DNA from: Candidatus Moraniibacteriota bacterium | GTDB lineage: Bacteria > Patescibacteriota > Minisyncoccia > Moranbacterales > DUUL01 | Direction of reading: 5' to 3' | DNA: 64,000 nt | Assembly: GCA_027008775.1 (NCBI GenBank) | Contig: JALVDV010000007.1 | Span: forward strand, 5,797 to 69,796 | Part shown: positions 51,157 through 62,303 of the stretch, piece by piece | Layout of the letters: each line of letters begins with the position of its first letter | How positions within the stretch are numbered: the stretch's first letter is position 1 | The notes under the pieces: model-generated | What the model was told of the DNA's origin: nothing | Databases searched by the model: none | Seen by the model: only the letters and a program-made list of their open reading frames with translations | Made by a program: the position numbers and the translations under genes

Positions 51157-52461
51157 ATGGTTGAAATAAAACCGGATGTGGAGACCTTTGCGAGGATTAA
51201 AGTAGTGGGTGTAGGAGGTAGTGGAAGCAATGCGGTAAGCAGGATGGTGGAAAGTCAAATGACTGGGGTGGAATTTATGGTGGTCAATACGGATGCTCAG
51301 GCTTTGCATCACTCTTTAGCGGACGAAAAGATTCACATCGGTAAGAATTTGACACAGGGTTTAGGGGCTGGTATGAATCCGGAAATTGGTCGGCAAGCGG
51401 CCGAGGAAAACAGAGATGAGATTCATGAGGCTTTGAAAGGTGTAAATATGGCTTTCATTGTTTATGGCGCCGGTGGAGGTACGGGTTCCGGAGCCGGTCC
51501 GGTGATTGCCGAGGCGGCTAAAGAGGCTGGTGCATTGACTATCGGGGTGGTTACCAAGCCGTTTTCTTTTGAGGGCAAGCAACGAGCGATGATTGCTGAT
51601 GAATCAATTGAGAATCTGAAAGAAAGAGTAGATACTTTGATTGTTATTCAGAATGATAAGTTGTTGCATATGATTGACAAAAGCACTTCTTTAATTGAGT
51701 CTTTTAGAATAGTTGATGATGTTTTGCGACAAGGAGTGCAAGGTATATCAGATTTGATTACCAAGCCGGGTATTGTGAATCTTGACTTTGCCGATATAAA
51801 TACGGTTATGAAAGAGAGTGGTAATGCTTTAATGGGTGTTGGCGTGGCTAGCGGAGAAGATAGGGCGGCTCAGGCGGCTAAATCAGCTATTAATTCTCCT
51901 TTGTTAAATGTTTCTATAGAAGGAGCGAAAGGGGTTTTGTTTAATATCAGTGGATCCGACAATGATTTAACCCTGGCGGAAATTAATGAGGCGGCTGAGC
52001 TGATTACGGAGAATGTTGACCCCAACGCGCGTATTATTTTTGGGGCCTCGGTGGACGAGCAGGCCAATGAGGGGGAGATAAGAGTGACAGTAATAGCAAC
52101 CGGATTTGATTTTGATTCGCGAAGTAGTAATGATGATTTGTTATCCAGTAGAAAGCCTTATCTGAGAGAGAAAAAAGAAAAAACTCATCAAGAGGATAAG
52201 GAGAAGATTAGTGAACAAAAAGAAAACAAGCTTTCAGTGAAGGGTAATGAGGAAATCAAGGAGGACAAGATTGGATTGGTTGGTGAAGAAAAAGAGGAAG
52301 TAAAAGAAAAAGGTTTTAAGTTATTTAACAGAAAAAATAATCGTCAAGAAGATAAGGAAGAGAGTGGGTTAGGTCTGAGTACCAAGAGTGGGAGTAACTC
52401 CTTTGATGAAATTGATGATGTGGAGGTTCCCGCTTTCATTAGGAAGAAATTGGGAAAATAG
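51157..52461 (+). CDS. ftsZ: cell division protein FtsZ
   Basis: Tubulin signature GAGGGTGSGAGP, T7 loop NLDFADI, disordered E/K-rich linker, C-terminal peptide DDVEVPAFIRKK. Confidence 0.9.
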   Translation: MVEIKPDVETFARIKVVGVGGSGSNAVSRMVESQMTGVEFMVVNTDAQALHHSLADEKIHIGKNLTQGLGAGMNPEIGRQAAEENRDEIHEALKGVNMAFIVYGAGGGTGSGAGPVIAEAAKEAGALTIGVVTKPFSFEGKQRAMIADESIENLKERVDTLIVIQNDKLLHMIDKSTSLIESFRIVDDVLRQGVQGISDLITKPGIVNLDFADINTVMKESGNALMGVGVASGEDRAAQAAKSAINSPLLNVSIEGAKGVLFNISGSDNDLTLAEINEAAELITENVDPNARIIFGASVDEQANEGEIRVTVIATGFDFDSRSSNDDLLSSRKPYLREKKEKTHQEDKEKISEQKENKLSVKGNEEIKEDKIGLVGEEKEEVKEKGFKLFNRKNNRQEDKEESGLGLSTKSGSNSFDEIDDVEVPAFIRKKLGK

Positions 52462-52630
52462 TTTTTCGCTTTTCGGTGGTTTGACCAGTCTTGGTTGCGG
52501 TGTTTTTTGTTGGTGTTTTTTGGAGGCGTGGCAGGAGTGTTAAGGCGCCTTGGTCCATTAGTTTGATATCCTCTTTTTTAGATAATTTTCCGAAGAGCGC
52601 TTAGAGAACCAAGGTTTTCCGAAAGTTTTC

Positions 52631-52659
52631 TTGACAATTTTTGTTATTGGTAGTAAACT
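52631..52659 (+). promoter_or_regulatory. candidate str-operon promoter TTGACA-17nt-TAAACT
   Basis: Seen directly, 65 nt upstream of rpsL. Confidence 0.35.
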
Positions 52660-52722
52660 TTGCGAAGTAGTTTTTATCGTTTAGATGATTTTTGTTTTAT
52701 AAATTTTTTGAGTAACTAAAAT

Positions 52723-53139
52723 ATGCCGACAATTAATCAGTTAAGAAAAAGAGCGAGAAAGTCAGTTAAGAAAAAGCCGAAATCTCCGGCTTTGACTTTT
52801 TCTTTTAATTCTTTAAAAAACAAGCCTGTTTACAAGAGAACTTCTCCTTTTAAAAGAGGGGTTTGTGTGAAAGTGGCGACAACCACTCCCAAAAAGCCCA
52901 ATTCGGCTTTACGTAAAATTGCCAGAGTTAAGTTGACAAATGGGATGGAAGTGACAGCTTATATTCCCGGAATCGGACATAATTTGCAGGAGCACTCCAT
53001 AGTTTTGATTAGAGGTGGCAAGGTGCCGGATTTGCCGGGGGTCAGGTATCATGTGGTTAGAGGTGTTTTGGATACGGCCGGTGTAGCTGACAGAAAGAAA
53101 AGTCGTTCCAAATACGGAACCAAGAAGCCGAAAGAATAA
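52723..53139 (+). CDS. rpsL: 30S ribosomal protein S12 (carries a ~14-aa N-terminal-region insertion)
   Basis: PTINQLRK..., [23 protein letters not shown]. 138 aa against ~124 aa canonical. Confidence 0.9.
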   Translation: MPTINQLRKRARKSVKKKPKSPALTFSFNSLKNKPVYKRTSPFKRGVCVKVATTTPKKPNSALRKIARVKLTNGMEVTAYIPGIGHNLQEHSIVLIRGGKVPDLPGVRYHVVRGVLDTAGVADRKKSRSKYGTKKPKE

Positions 53140-53205
53140 GATAAATTTAGAGATTTTATTTAGTGTTTAGATTTCAAATAAAAGAGAATAATATAAGGAA
53201 GTATT

Positions 53206-53673
53206 ATGTCTAGAAAAAATAGAGTTTACAGAAATTTTTGGAAAGCTGATCCCAAATACAACTCAATTTTGGTGGGTCGTTTTGTTGGTCATTTAATGAA
53301 AAGAGGAAAAAGAAGTGTGGCGGAAGAAATTGTTTATGAAGCTTTTGATATTATTCACCAAAGGGTGAAAAAGGGAGGTTTGAATGTTTTTGAACAGGCG
53401 ATCAAGAATGTTTCTCCTTTGATGGAGTTGAAGGGGCGACGAATTGGAGGCGCCAATTATCAGGTACCGGTACCGGTGTCTGGAGATCGTCGGATTACTT
53501 TGGCAATGCGTTGGATTTTGGAAGCAGCGCGGGCGCGGAAGGGTAAAAAAATGTCGGAGAAGTTAGCCGATGAACTTTTAGATGCAATGAATAAGACCGG
53601 AGCGGCTATTAAGAAAAGAGAAGATACTCATCGGATGGCAGAGGCTAACAAGGCTTTTGCTCATTTTGCTTAG
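53206..53673 (+). CDS. rpsG: 30S ribosomal protein S7
   Basis: Typical S7 length and motifs (PDPKYNS..., VSPLMELKGRRIGGANYQVP). Confidence 0.9.
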   Translation: MSRKNRVYRNFWKADPKYNSILVGRFVGHLMKRGKRSVAEEIVYEAFDIIHQRVKKGGLNVFEQAIKNVSPLMELKGRRIGGANYQVPVPVSGDRRITLAMRWILEAARARKGKKMSEKLADELLDAMNKTGAAIKKREDTHRMAEANKAFAHFA

Positions 53674-53880
53674 GATTTTAAAATCAAAAGTTGGCTTGCG
53701 GATATTAGTTTCGTAGGATTGGTTGTTTTTGTCTTTTTGGGTGGTATTTTTGGGAGGAGCGCAAAGGGGAATGATTTAGTTTTTGTAAATATTTGGAGTT
53801 ATTTTGGGGAAACAATCCGGAAGCATTATTAAGGAATATTTAAAAATTTGTTTGTCTAAATTTATTTTAAAATTAAAATT

Positions 53881-55998
53881 ATGCCTAGAGAATATCCTAT
53901 AGAAAAATATAGAAATATTGGAATTATCGCTCATGTTGATGCCGGTAAAACGACTACAACGGAGCGGATTTTGTTTTACACCGGAATCTCGCATAAAATT
54001 GGAGAAGTGCACGAAGGTGAGGCCACGATGGACTGGATGGAACAAGAGCAAGAACGGGGGATTACTATTACTTCGGCAGCCACGACTTGTTTCTGGTTAA
54101 ATCATCAAATTAATATTATTGATACTCCCGGGCACGTTGATTTTACCGTAGAAGTTGAACGTTCTTTGCGAGTGCTTGATGGCGGTGTGGTTGTTTTTGA
54201 TGGTAAGGAAGGAGTGGAGCCACAATCAGAGACGGTTTGGCGACAAGCCGACAAATACAATGTGCCACGTATTTGTTTTATCAACAAAATAGACAAAGAA
54301 GGGGCCAGTTTTGAATTTTCTCTTTCTTCAATTAACGACCGTCTTTCTCCCAATGCGGTTGCTATTCAATACCCAATCGGGCAAGGCAGTGATTACAAAA
54401 GTCAAGAGAGTGACCCGGAGAGTGTGGGGATTATTGATTTGGTTAAAATGAAAGCTGTTTATTTTAAAGGAGATAACGGTAGGGATGTTGAAGAGAAGGA
54501 GATTCCCGAAGAGATGAAGGCAGTGGCGGAAGAGTGGCGAGAAAAGATGCTGGAGAAAATTGCAGAGCTGGATGATAACTTGATGGAAAAATATTTGGGT
54601 GGAGAAGAGATTTCTGAGGAGGAGATACACAAGGTGATTAGAAAAGGAACTATAGATGGGGATATTTATCCTGTAATGGTTGGTTCCGCTTTTAAAAATG
54701 TTGGTGTGCAAAAAGTTTTGGATGCAGTGGTGGAGTATTTGCCTTCTCCGATAGATATCCCGCCGGTGGAAGGAACTTTGGTTTCTGATCCGAGTAAAAA
54801 AGTTGTGCGAGAAGCCAGAGACGACGAAAAGTTAACGGCCTTGGCTTTTAAAGTGGCAACTGATCCCTTTGTCGGTCAATTGACTTTTTTCCGGATTTAT
54901 TCCGGCACGATGAAGGCCGGCTCCTATGTTTACAACGCTTCCAAAGGTAAAAAAGAAAGAATTGGACGAATTTTGCGAATGATGTCTAATGACAGAGAGG
55001 AAATGGAGGAGATGTATGCCGGTGATCTGGGAGCTTTAGTGGGGATGAAATATACAAAAACGGGAGACACTCTTTGTACCGAGGATGAACCGATACTTCT
55101 GGAAAATATTGAATTTCCGGAACCGGTTATCTCGGTGGCTATTGAACCGAAGACAAAGGCTGATCAAGAAAAAATGGCTATAGCTTTAAGCAAACTCTCG
55201 GAGGAGGATCCCACTTTTCAGGTTAGAACGGATGAAGAGACGGGGCAAAATATTATTTCGGGAATGGGAGAGTTGCATTTGGATATTATCATAGATCGGA
55301 TGAAGAGAGAGTTTAAAGTGGAAGCCAATATCGGAAAACCGCAGGTGGCTTATCGGGAAACAATTAAGAAGGAGGCGGAAGCGGAAGGTAAATTTATTAA
55401 ACAATCCGGTGGTCGCGGACAATACGGTCATTGTTGGTTGCGAGTAAAGCCGGCAGAAGAAGGAAAAGGATTTGTATTTCATAATGAAATTAAAGGAGGT
55501 GTTATCCCACAGGAATATATTCCTTCGGTGGAAAAGGGAGTGAAAGAAGCTTTGAATACCGGAGTGTTGGCCGGGTATCCGGTGGCGGATGTGGATGTTA
55601 CTTTGTATGATGGTTCTTATCATGAAGTTGACTCTTCGGAAGCGGCTTTCAAAGTGGCCGGATCAATAGCTCTTAAAGAGGCCTTAAAGAAGGCCAATCC
55701 GGTTATCTTGGAACCGATTATGAAAGTAGAGGTGACAACACCGGAAGAATTTATGGGTGATATTGTTGGGGATATCAATGCCAAAAGAGGACAGGTGGAA
55801 GAGATGATTGACAAAGGTGAAGGTAAATCTGCCTTGAAAATTATTAAAGCCAAAGTGCCTCTATCTTCCTTGTTTGGTTACGCTACCCAGTTGCGGTCAA
55901 TGAGTCAGGGACGAGCCAGTTATGCTATGGAATTTGATCATTATGCTGAAGTTCCAAATAATATTGCCGAGGAGATCAAGGCCGGAAAAGTGAAATAG
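53881..55998 (+). CDS. fusA: elongation factor G
   Basis: G-domain [28 protein letters not shown]. Domains II-V. 705 aa. Confidence 0.95.
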   Translation: MPREYPIEKYRNIGIIAHVDAGKTTTTERILFYTGISHKIGEVHEGEATMDWMEQEQERGITITSAATTCFWLNHQINIIDTPGHVDFTVEVERSLRVLDGGVVVFDGKEGVEPQSETVWRQADKYNVPRICFINKIDKEGASFEFSLSSINDRLSPNAVAIQYPIGQGSDYKSQESDPESVGIIDLVKMKAVYFKGDNGRDVEEKEIPEEMKAVAEEWREKMLEKIAELDDNLMEKYLGGEEISEEEIHKVIRKGTIDGDIYPVMVGSAFKNVGVQKVLDAVVEYLPSPIDIPPVEGTLVSDPSKKVVREARDDEKLTALAFKVATDPFVGQLTFFRIYSGTMKAGSYVYNASKGKKERIGRILRMMSNDREEMEEMYAGDLGALVGMKYTKTGDTLCTEDEPILLENIEFPEPVISVAIEPKTKADQEKMAIALSKLSEEDPTFQVRTDEETGQNIISGMGELHLDIIIDRMKREFKVEANIGKPQVAYRETIKKEAEAEGKFIKQSGGRGQYGHCWLRVKPAEEGKGFVFHNEIKGGVIPQEYIPSVEKGVKEALNTGVLAGYPVADVDVTLYDGSYHEVDSSEAAFKVAGSIALKEALKKANPVILEPIMKVEVTTPEEFMGDIVGDINAKRGQVEEMIDKGEGKSALKIIKAKVPLSSLFGYATQLRSMSQGRASYAMEFDHYAEVPNNIAEEIKAGKVK

Positions 55999-56051
55999 CT
56001 GATCGTTGAATTAAAGGTAAGAAGAGAGTTTTGGAAAAATTCTGAAAGTAG

Positions 56052-56079
56052 TTGACAATATTTTTTTCTTCCCTATAAT
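56052..56079 (+). promoter_or_regulatory. consensus sigma70 promoter TTGACA-16nt-TATAAT upstream of tuf
   Basis: Perfect hexamers, 112 nt before the tuf ATG. Confidence 0.5.
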
Positions 56080-56190
56080 TAAGGAAGTCACCGAAACTAT
56101 TTCGGTTGGTTTAATAAGTTGTAAAAATTTAATCAGTAAGAAGCATATTCACAGGCAAGTTTTGTCTGGGAGTGTGCGCAGAAAAAACAA

Positions 56191-57381
56191 ATGGCAGAAA
56201 CATTTGACAGAAGTAAACCCCATGTAAACGTGGGAACAATCGGTCACGTTGACCACGGAAAAACGACCTTGACAGCCGCTATTCTTCATGTTTTGGGAAT
56301 GAAGGGTCAGGCTCAAGTTAAAGGAGTTGATGAAATAGATAAGGCTCCGGAAGAAAAAGAGCGTGGAATAACCATTGCAACCGCTCACTGTGAGTATGAA
56401 TCAGATAAGCGTCATTACGCTCACGTTGACTGTCCCGGACACGCCGACTATATTAAAAACATGATCACCGGGGCGGCGCAAATGGACGGAGCTATTTTGG
56501 TTGTCTCCGCTACCGATGGTCCAATGCCTCAAACCAGAGAGCATATTTTGTTGGCCAAGCAAGTTGGAGTGCCGGAGATTGTTGTTTTCATTAACAAGGT
56601 TGATCAAGTTGATGACCCCGAGTTGGTTGATTTGGTTGAGGAAGAAGTGCGAGAGTTGTTAAGTAAATATGATTTTGATGGAGAGAATGCCGCTGTTATC
56701 AGAGGTTCGGCTTTGAAAGCTTTGGAGACTAAGAGCGTTGATGATCCGGATGCTAAACCTATTTTGGATTTAATAAATGCTTTGGACGAAAAGATTCCAA
56801 CTCCGGAAAGAGATGTTGATAAACCTTTCTTGATGCCGATTGAGGATATCTTCTCCATTGAAGGACGAGGAACGGTAGTTACCGGAAGGATTGAGAGAGG
56901 GAAAGTCAATCTTAATGATGAGGTGGAAATTGTTGGTTTGAGAGATACACAGAAGACAGTTGTAACCGGAATAGAAATGTTCAACAAACAGTTGGATCAC
57001 GGTGAGGCCGGTGATAATGCGGGAATTTTGTTGCGAGGTCTAAAGAAAGAGGATGTGGAAAGGGGTCAAGTTTTAGCTGAACCCGGCTCAATTACTCCTC
57101 ACACCGAATTTGATTCTGAGGTTTATGTCTTAACCAAAGAAGAAGGCGGACGTCATACTCCATTCTTCAAGGGTTACAAACCACAGTTTTATATCAGAAC
57201 AACAGATGTTACTGGTGATGTAACTTTGCCAGAGGGGACCGAGATGGTGATGCCCGGAGATACGGTTAACTTGAAAGTTAAGCTGGTTGCGCCGGTAGCA
57301 ATGGAGGAAGGAATGCGTTTTGCTATTCGTGAGGGTGGTAAAACAGTTGGCGCTGGAGTGGTAACCAAGATCATCAAGTAG
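56191..57381 (+). CDS. tuf: elongation factor Tu
   Basis: [26 protein letters not shown]. 396 aa. Confidence 0.95.
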   Translation: MAETFDRSKPHVNVGTIGHVDHGKTTLTAAILHVLGMKGQAQVKGVDEIDKAPEEKERGITIATAHCEYESDKRHYAHVDCPGHADYIKNMITGAAQMDGAILVVSATDGPMPQTREHILLAKQVGVPEIVVFINKVDQVDDPELVDLVEEEVRELLSKYDFDGENAAVIRGSALKALETKSVDDPDAKPILDLINALDEKIPTPERDVDKPFLMPIEDIFSIEGRGTVVTGRIERGKVNLNDEVEIVGLRDTQKTVVTGIEMFNKQLDHGEAGDNAGILLRGLKKEDVERGQVLAEPGSITPHTEFDSEVYVLTKEEGGRHTPFFKGYKPQFYIRTTDVTGDVTLPEGTEMVMPGDTVNLKVKLVAPVAMEEGMRFAIREGGKTVGAGVVTKIIK

Positions 57382-57406
57382 CTTTCTCACTTTTTACCCT
57401 AGCAAG

Positions 57407-57446
57407 AACAGGTCCTTAATTTCGGGACCTGTTTTTGTTTTCTGTT
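57407..57446 (+). terminator. intrinsic terminator aacaggucc-uuaauuucg-ggaccuguu plus U-run after tuf
   Basis: 9-bp stem then tttgttttctg. A second hairpin+T-run lies at ~57481-57510 (aaatccct-ataata-agggattt-ttttttt). Confidence 0.65.
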
Positions 57447-57524
57447 TATAAACTGTTGATAATTTTTTCTGAAATTTTGAAAAATCCCTATAATAAGGGA
57501 TTTTTTTATGGTGTAGAGAGAGAT

Positions 57525-57553
57525 TTGACTGGTGTTGTGAGGTGGGGTATAAT
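57525..57553 (+). promoter_or_regulatory. dcw-cluster promoter TTGACT-17nt-TATAAT upstream of mraZ
   Basis: Seen directly. ~147-nt leader. Confidence 0.45.
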
Positions 57554-57699
57554 GTAACTGTAGTGGTGAAATGTGGGGAACATTTAGATTTTAATTTGTA
57601 GGTTTTAAATTTTAGGCGGGAGAATTTCTGGATGTGATGCTGGCTAAGGTGAAAAAATTTGGATTAAGTACCGATGACTAAGGCTTAAAATTTAAAATC

Positions 57700-58146
57700 G
57701 TGTGCAGAGCCGTGTTTATTGGAGAATATCAGCATATTTTAGACGAGAAGAAAAGATTGGCTGTTCCGGCTAAATTTCGTAAAAGTTTTCGGCCGGGCAT
57801 CGTGTTGACAAGGGGTTTGGACGGTTGTTTGTTTGTCTACACTATCAAAGAATGGGAAAAAATTGCGGAAAAACTGGGTTCCTTGCCACTGGGAGAAAGA
57901 GATACGAGAAGTTTCATCAGGATGGTTTTGGCTGGAGCGACCGATGGAAAATTGGATTCTCAGGGTAGAGTTTTAATTCCCGGCTATTTGAAAAAATATG
58001 CCAATCTGAAAAAGGAAGTAGTGATAGCCGGATTATTTAACAGGTTGGAGATCTGGGATAAGGAGTTGTGGGAGAGTTATAAAAAGAATGCTGAAAGAAA
58101 TCAAGATGAAATAGCGGAGCAATTGGGACGGCTGGGAATGTATTAG
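57700..58146 (+). CDS. mraZ: division/cell wall cluster transcriptional regulator MraZ
   Basis: Two MraZ repeats (LDEKKRLAVPAKFR, LDSQGRVLIPGYL). Alternative (GTG) start. Confidence 0.85.
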   Translation: MCRAVFIGEYQHILDEKKRLAVPAKFRKSFRPGIVLTRGLDGCLFVYTIKEWEKIAEKLGSLPLGERDTRSFIRMVLAGATDGKLDSQGRVLIPGYLKKYANLKKEVVIAGLFNRLEIWDKELWESYKKNAERNQDEIAEQLGRLGMY

Positions 58147-58198
58147 TTTAAAGTTGTTTGGAGGGACAAAGAATTTTTGAGGAGTAATTTTTCAAAGA

Positions 58199-59176
58199 AT
58201 GGCTGATTCAGAAAAAGAGTTTCATAGAACAGTTTTGTTAAAAGAGACCATTGAAGCGCTGAACATTAAAAAAGGAGATGTAATCATTGATGCCACCTTG
58301 GGGGCAGGGGGACATGCCTTGGAGATTTTGCGACTGATTGGCGAAAGAGGGAAATTGATTGCCTTTGATGTTGACAAAAAAGCGGTGGATGATTTTAAAA
58401 AAAGAATTACCGAGAATTTTCCCGAGCTAAGGAATAGATTAATTCCGGTGGTCGATAATTTTAAGAATATAAAGAAAGTAGTGAAGAGATTGCAGGCAGA
58501 AGGCAGGATTAAAAGGGATAAGGTTAACGGTGTTCTGGCTGATCTGGGTTGGCGAATAGAACAGGTTGCAGATGAGCGTTACGGTATGAGTTTTAGAAAG
58601 GAGATGCCTTTAAAGATGAATTTCAGTGGGGATGATAAGGTTCTGACGGCGGAAAAAGTTGTCAATGAATGGTCGGAGGAAGAATTGAGAAATATTTTTC
58701 AGTCATTGGGAGAGGAAAGAGAAGCTGGTCGGATAGCTAAAAAGATTGTTGAGAGTCGGCAAAAGGAGCGAATTGTGACGACGACGCAATTGGCGGATTT
58801 GATTACGGATGCCAAAAAAAATAGGAATGGTCGTATTCACCCGGCTACCAAGGTTTTTCAAGCGCTGAGAATAGTGGTGAATGCGGAGTTGTCAAATCTG
58901 GAGTTATTTTTAGAAGGAGCTACCGATGTTTTGGAAAGTGAGGGGAGATTGGTTGTAATCTCTTTTCACTCTCTGGAGGATCGGACGGTTAAAAAGTTCT
59001 TTCGGGCAAAGGCGAGGGGATGTGTTTGTCCGGAAGAACTTCCCGTCTGTGTTTGCGGACAGTCTAATCAATTTATCATTCTGCAAAAAAAAGGAGTGAG
59101 GCCGAGCTTAGCTGAATTGAAGGAGAATCCCAGAGCGCGAAGCGCGGTTTTGCGAATATTAAAAAAAAGAAAATAA
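58199..59176 (+). CDS. rsmH: 16S rRNA (cytosine1402-N4)-methyltransferase RsmH
   Basis: DATLGAGGHA SAM motif, ADLGWR (DLGVSS equivalent), ~325 aa. Confidence 0.9.
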   Translation: MADSEKEFHRTVLLKETIEALNIKKGDVIIDATLGAGGHALEILRLIGERGKLIAFDVDKKAVDDFKKRITENFPELRNRLIPVVDNFKNIKKVVKRLQAEGRIKRDKVNGVLADLGWRIEQVADERYGMSFRKEMPLKMNFSGDDKVLTAEKVVNEWSEEELRNIFQSLGEEREAGRIAKKIVESRQKERIVTTTQLADLITDAKKNRNGRIHPATKVFQALRIVVNAELSNLELFLEGATDVLESEGRLVVISFHSLEDRTVKKFFRAKARGCVCPEELPVCVCGQSNQFIILQKKGVRPSLAELKENPRARSAVLRILKKRK

Positions 59177-59218
59177 AAATAAAATTTAAAATGTCAGAGG
59201 GGGAGACTTTGACATCTT

Positions 59219-59596
59219 ATGGTTGTTTACCTAGGGGTCGCTGAAAAAGTTGCGGCGACCAATTTGATTTCTCGCGATAAAGTTAAAACTAAAAAAAGAG
59301 TAGTCGATGGCAAGGAGCGATTTCCGCTTCCCGGCTGGCGTTTTTGTTTACTATTGTTGGTAACTTTGGTGTTGTTTTACGGGTATTTGGCCAACAGAGT
59401 GATTGTACTTGGTCATACGGTGGAGCAATTGGAGAAAAAAAATAAGACTTTAAGAGCGACTAATACTGAAATGAAAGTGAATGTTTCTTGGTTATATTCG
59501 GTGGGCAACCTGGAAGAAGAAGCGGAAAATTTTCAAATGGTTGTCCCACGAGAAATTTCTTATTTGAATGTTAACAGAGAAATAGCTTTGAAATAA
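59219..59596 (+). CDS. ftsL: FtsL-like bitopic cell division protein
   Basis: Single TM (LLLLVTLVLFYGYLANRVIVL) plus a short coiled coil. Position between rsmH and ftsI. Confidence 0.5.
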   Translation: MVVYLGVAEKVAATNLISRDKVKTKKRVVDGKERFPLPGWRFCLLLLVTLVLFYGYLANRVIVLGHTVEQLEKKNKTLRATNTEMKVNVSWLYSVGNLEEEAENFQMVVPREISYLNVNREIALK

Positions 59597-59606
59597 GTGA
59601 TTTTTT

Positions 59607-61448
59607 ATGAAAAAAAAGAAAAGTCGTAATCTGGTTAGACGTTATGTTTCGGCCAACAGGATGTTGTTGCTTATTCTGTTGGTTGTTTTTTTAGTAGGCG
59701 GTATTCTTTTTCGTTTTTATTTTTTACAGGTTAGAGAACACGAAAAATACGTTGCTTTGGCGGAAGCTCAATATAAGATTAAGAGAAAGCTAGTTTCTCG
59801 GAGGGGAGAAATATTTTTTCAAGAAGGAACAAAGTTGGTGCCGGCGGCGGTGAATAAAAATATGCCAACTCTTTATATTAATCCAACAGAGATAAAAAAT
59901 CAGGAGAAAACGGTTAGTTTGTTGACAGATATTTTGGATTTAGATGAGCAATTTGTCCGACAAAAAGTTAATAAAATTGATGATCCTTACGAAGTGCTGA
60001 AGAAAAAGTTGTCTGAAGAAGAAGTAAAGAGGGTGAAACAAGTTTCTTTGCCGGGGGTGTATTTACAAAATAAAGAATGGCGTTATTATCCGGGTAAAAC
60101 TTTAGCTGCTCAGACTCTTGGTTTTCTTGGTTATAAGGAAAATGAATTAGTGGGGCGGTACGGGGTGGAGCAATATTTTGACACTATATTGCGAGGGCAA
60201 GCCGGTTTTTTGGAAGAAGACAAGGATGCCCGAGGGAATTGGATGGCTATTGGTAGTAAAATTTTTAATCCTTCTTATGATGGAGCCGATTTGATTCTGA
60301 CCGTTAATCCCACCATTCAGTTTAAAGTGGAGAAAGTTTTGGAGGCGGCGGTAAAAAAACATAAAGCGGACAGCGCCAAGGCTATCGTAGTGGAGCCAAG
60401 AACCGGTAGAATTCTGGCAATGGCCGCTTGGCCCACTTTTGATCCGAATGAATATTATCGGGCGGAAACAAAATTGTTCAAAAATCCAAATGTCAGTGAT
60501 GCTTATGAACCGGGTTCGGTTTTTAAAATCCTGACGATGGTGGCCGGTTTAGATGCCGGACGAGTAACTCCTGAAACGGTTTATACTGACACGGGAGTGG
60601 TTGAGGTGGGTGGATTTACCATTAAAAATTCCGATGGTAAAGCTCACGGACAACAAACAATGACGCAAGTGATTGAAAAGTCTTTGAATACGGGAGCCAT
60701 TTTTGTGGAGAAGCGTTTAGGTAACAAACTGTTTGCCGATTATATCAAGGCTTTTGGCTTTGGTAAAAAAACTGGTATTGAATTACCGGCGGAAGTTTCC
60801 GGAAATATCAGTCACTTACACTCTAAGGGTGATACCGAGTATTATACTGCTTCTTATGGGCAGGGGGTAACAGTGACACCTTTGCAACTGGCTATGGCCT
60901 ATTCCACTTTAGCTAATGGTGGAGTTTTAATGAAACCGATTATAGTTGACAGAATAGAAAAAAATGGTCAATTGCTGAAAGAGCGAAAACCTCAACTGGT
61001 AAGACAAGTTGTTTCAGCGGAGAGCACCAAACAGGCAGCTTTGATGTTGGAAGCTAATGTTAAAAAAGGACATGGTAAATTGGCCGGTGTTCCTGGTTAT
61101 AAAATTGCCGGAAAAACCGGAACAGCTCAAATTCCTGATTTGCAAAATGGCGGTTACTTGGAGGGGGCAACGGAAGCAACTTTTGCCGGTTTTGCGCCAG
61201 TGGAAAATCCGGTTTTTGCCATGGTGGTAGTTATTGATCATCCGCGAGATGTTGAGTGGGCAGCGGCTACGGCGGCGCCGGCTTTTGGAGAAATCTCCCG
61301 TTTTCTTTTGAGTTATTTTTCTCAAAAACCAACGGAGGCTTATACTGAGAAAGACTGGGAGATTTTCCATAAAAAACACGATTATTTGTTGGACATAAAA
61401 AATCAAACTAAGGAGTATGAACAGAATGATGAAAATGACACCGACTGA
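59607..61448 (+). CDS. ftsI: penicillin-binding protein, class B transpeptidase (FtsI/PBP2-like)
   Basis: N-terminal TM, SVFK (SxxK), SLN (SxN), KTGT (KTG) motifs. Confidence 0.85.
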   Translation: MKKKKSRNLVRRYVSANRMLLLILLVVFLVGGILFRFYFLQVREHEKYVALAEAQYKIKRKLVSRRGEIFFQEGTKLVPAAVNKNMPTLYINPTEIKNQEKTVSLLTDILDLDEQFVRQKVNKIDDPYEVLKKKLSEEEVKRVKQVSLPGVYLQNKEWRYYPGKTLAAQTLGFLGYKENELVGRYGVEQYFDTILRGQAGFLEEDKDARGNWMAIGSKIFNPSYDGADLILTVNPTIQFKVEKVLEAAVKKHKADSAKAIVVEPRTGRILAMAAWPTFDPNEYYRAETKLFKNPNVSDAYEPGSVFKILTMVAGLDAGRVTPETVYTDTGVVEVGGFTIKNSDGKAHGQQTMTQVIEKSLNTGAIFVEKRLGNKLFADYIKAFGFGKKTGIELPAEVSGNISHLHSKGDTEYYTASYGQGVTVTPLQLAMAYSTLANGGVLMKPIIVDRIEKNGQLLKERKPQLVRQVVSAESTKQAALMLEANVKKGHGKLAGVPGYKIAGKTGTAQIPDLQNGGYLEGATEATFAGFAPVENPVFAMVVVIDHPRDVEWAAATAAPAFGEISRFLLSYFSQKPTEAYTEKDWEIFHKKHDYLLDIKNQTKEYEQNDENDTD

Positions 61449-61569
61449 TTTGTCAGTTTCGTTTTGGTTAGGAATGTTTTCAGTCTGTTCAGATTTTTTG
61501 TTAATGAATTTTTTGTTAGTGAGCCAAGGAAGTTTTAGATAAAATTACTTACTCATGGAGATGTCAACT

Positions 61570-61653
61570 TATTATGATATTATTGATAATATCATAATAT
61601 ATTTGTTATCTGTGGTGGGGTGGTATTATGATATTATCAATAATATCATAATA
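61570..61653. repeat. second pair of the 30-bp palindrome (centre tg in the first copy, ca in the second), separated by 24 nt. This is copy B of the ~130-bp repeat unit.
   Basis: Seen directly. Same palindrome arms as at 11798-11883, and a similar G-rich downstream flank. Confidence 0.8.
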
Positions 61654-62303
61654 CCCGAAAAGTTTGTTGCTGGGGGGGGTAGTGACTGAAAAGATGAGGA
61701 TTATTTTTATTCCTGCCTTTTGATGACGGTAGTCGATCTATTGATATTAAAGTTCTTGTTTACTATCTATAACCATAGTTTGTTTCGGTAGCTAAGGCCA
61801 ATAAGCTGAGTGCGATTTCTTTTGTTTATGGTTGGTTTTGAATTTTTTCTATTGTTTGTTACCTGTGGGATTTTTTAAATACGTTGACTATTTGAAAAGT
61901 TGCTCTCTTGTGTTTGACCCATCAAGGATTCTCTTTCTAAATTTTTTGCCCATCAAACTTTCCGGGCATTATTTTCAGATTTATATTTGATTTCTTCTTT
62001 AAGCAACAAAGTGTCAAATATCAGGCAGAGAACAACATCCAGAAAGCTTGACTGAATATTGGAAAAGAAAAATCCTAAATGAGTTTATTGGTAAAGTGTC
62101 GAGTAAATGATTAGTAGGAGGTGGTGCCGTTGAGGTTCAGACAATGTTGAGAGATGAGGTAGGGATTTCAGAGAGGTTTGGGGTTGTTTGTATTGCGATT
62201 ATTTTGTACACTTTGTTTATCAGAAGAAATTGTTATACCAGAATGATTAGCCCACAGTTTTGTTTTGAATATTTTTGGAGGGGATAAGTTTTAGTTTAAT
62301 TGT

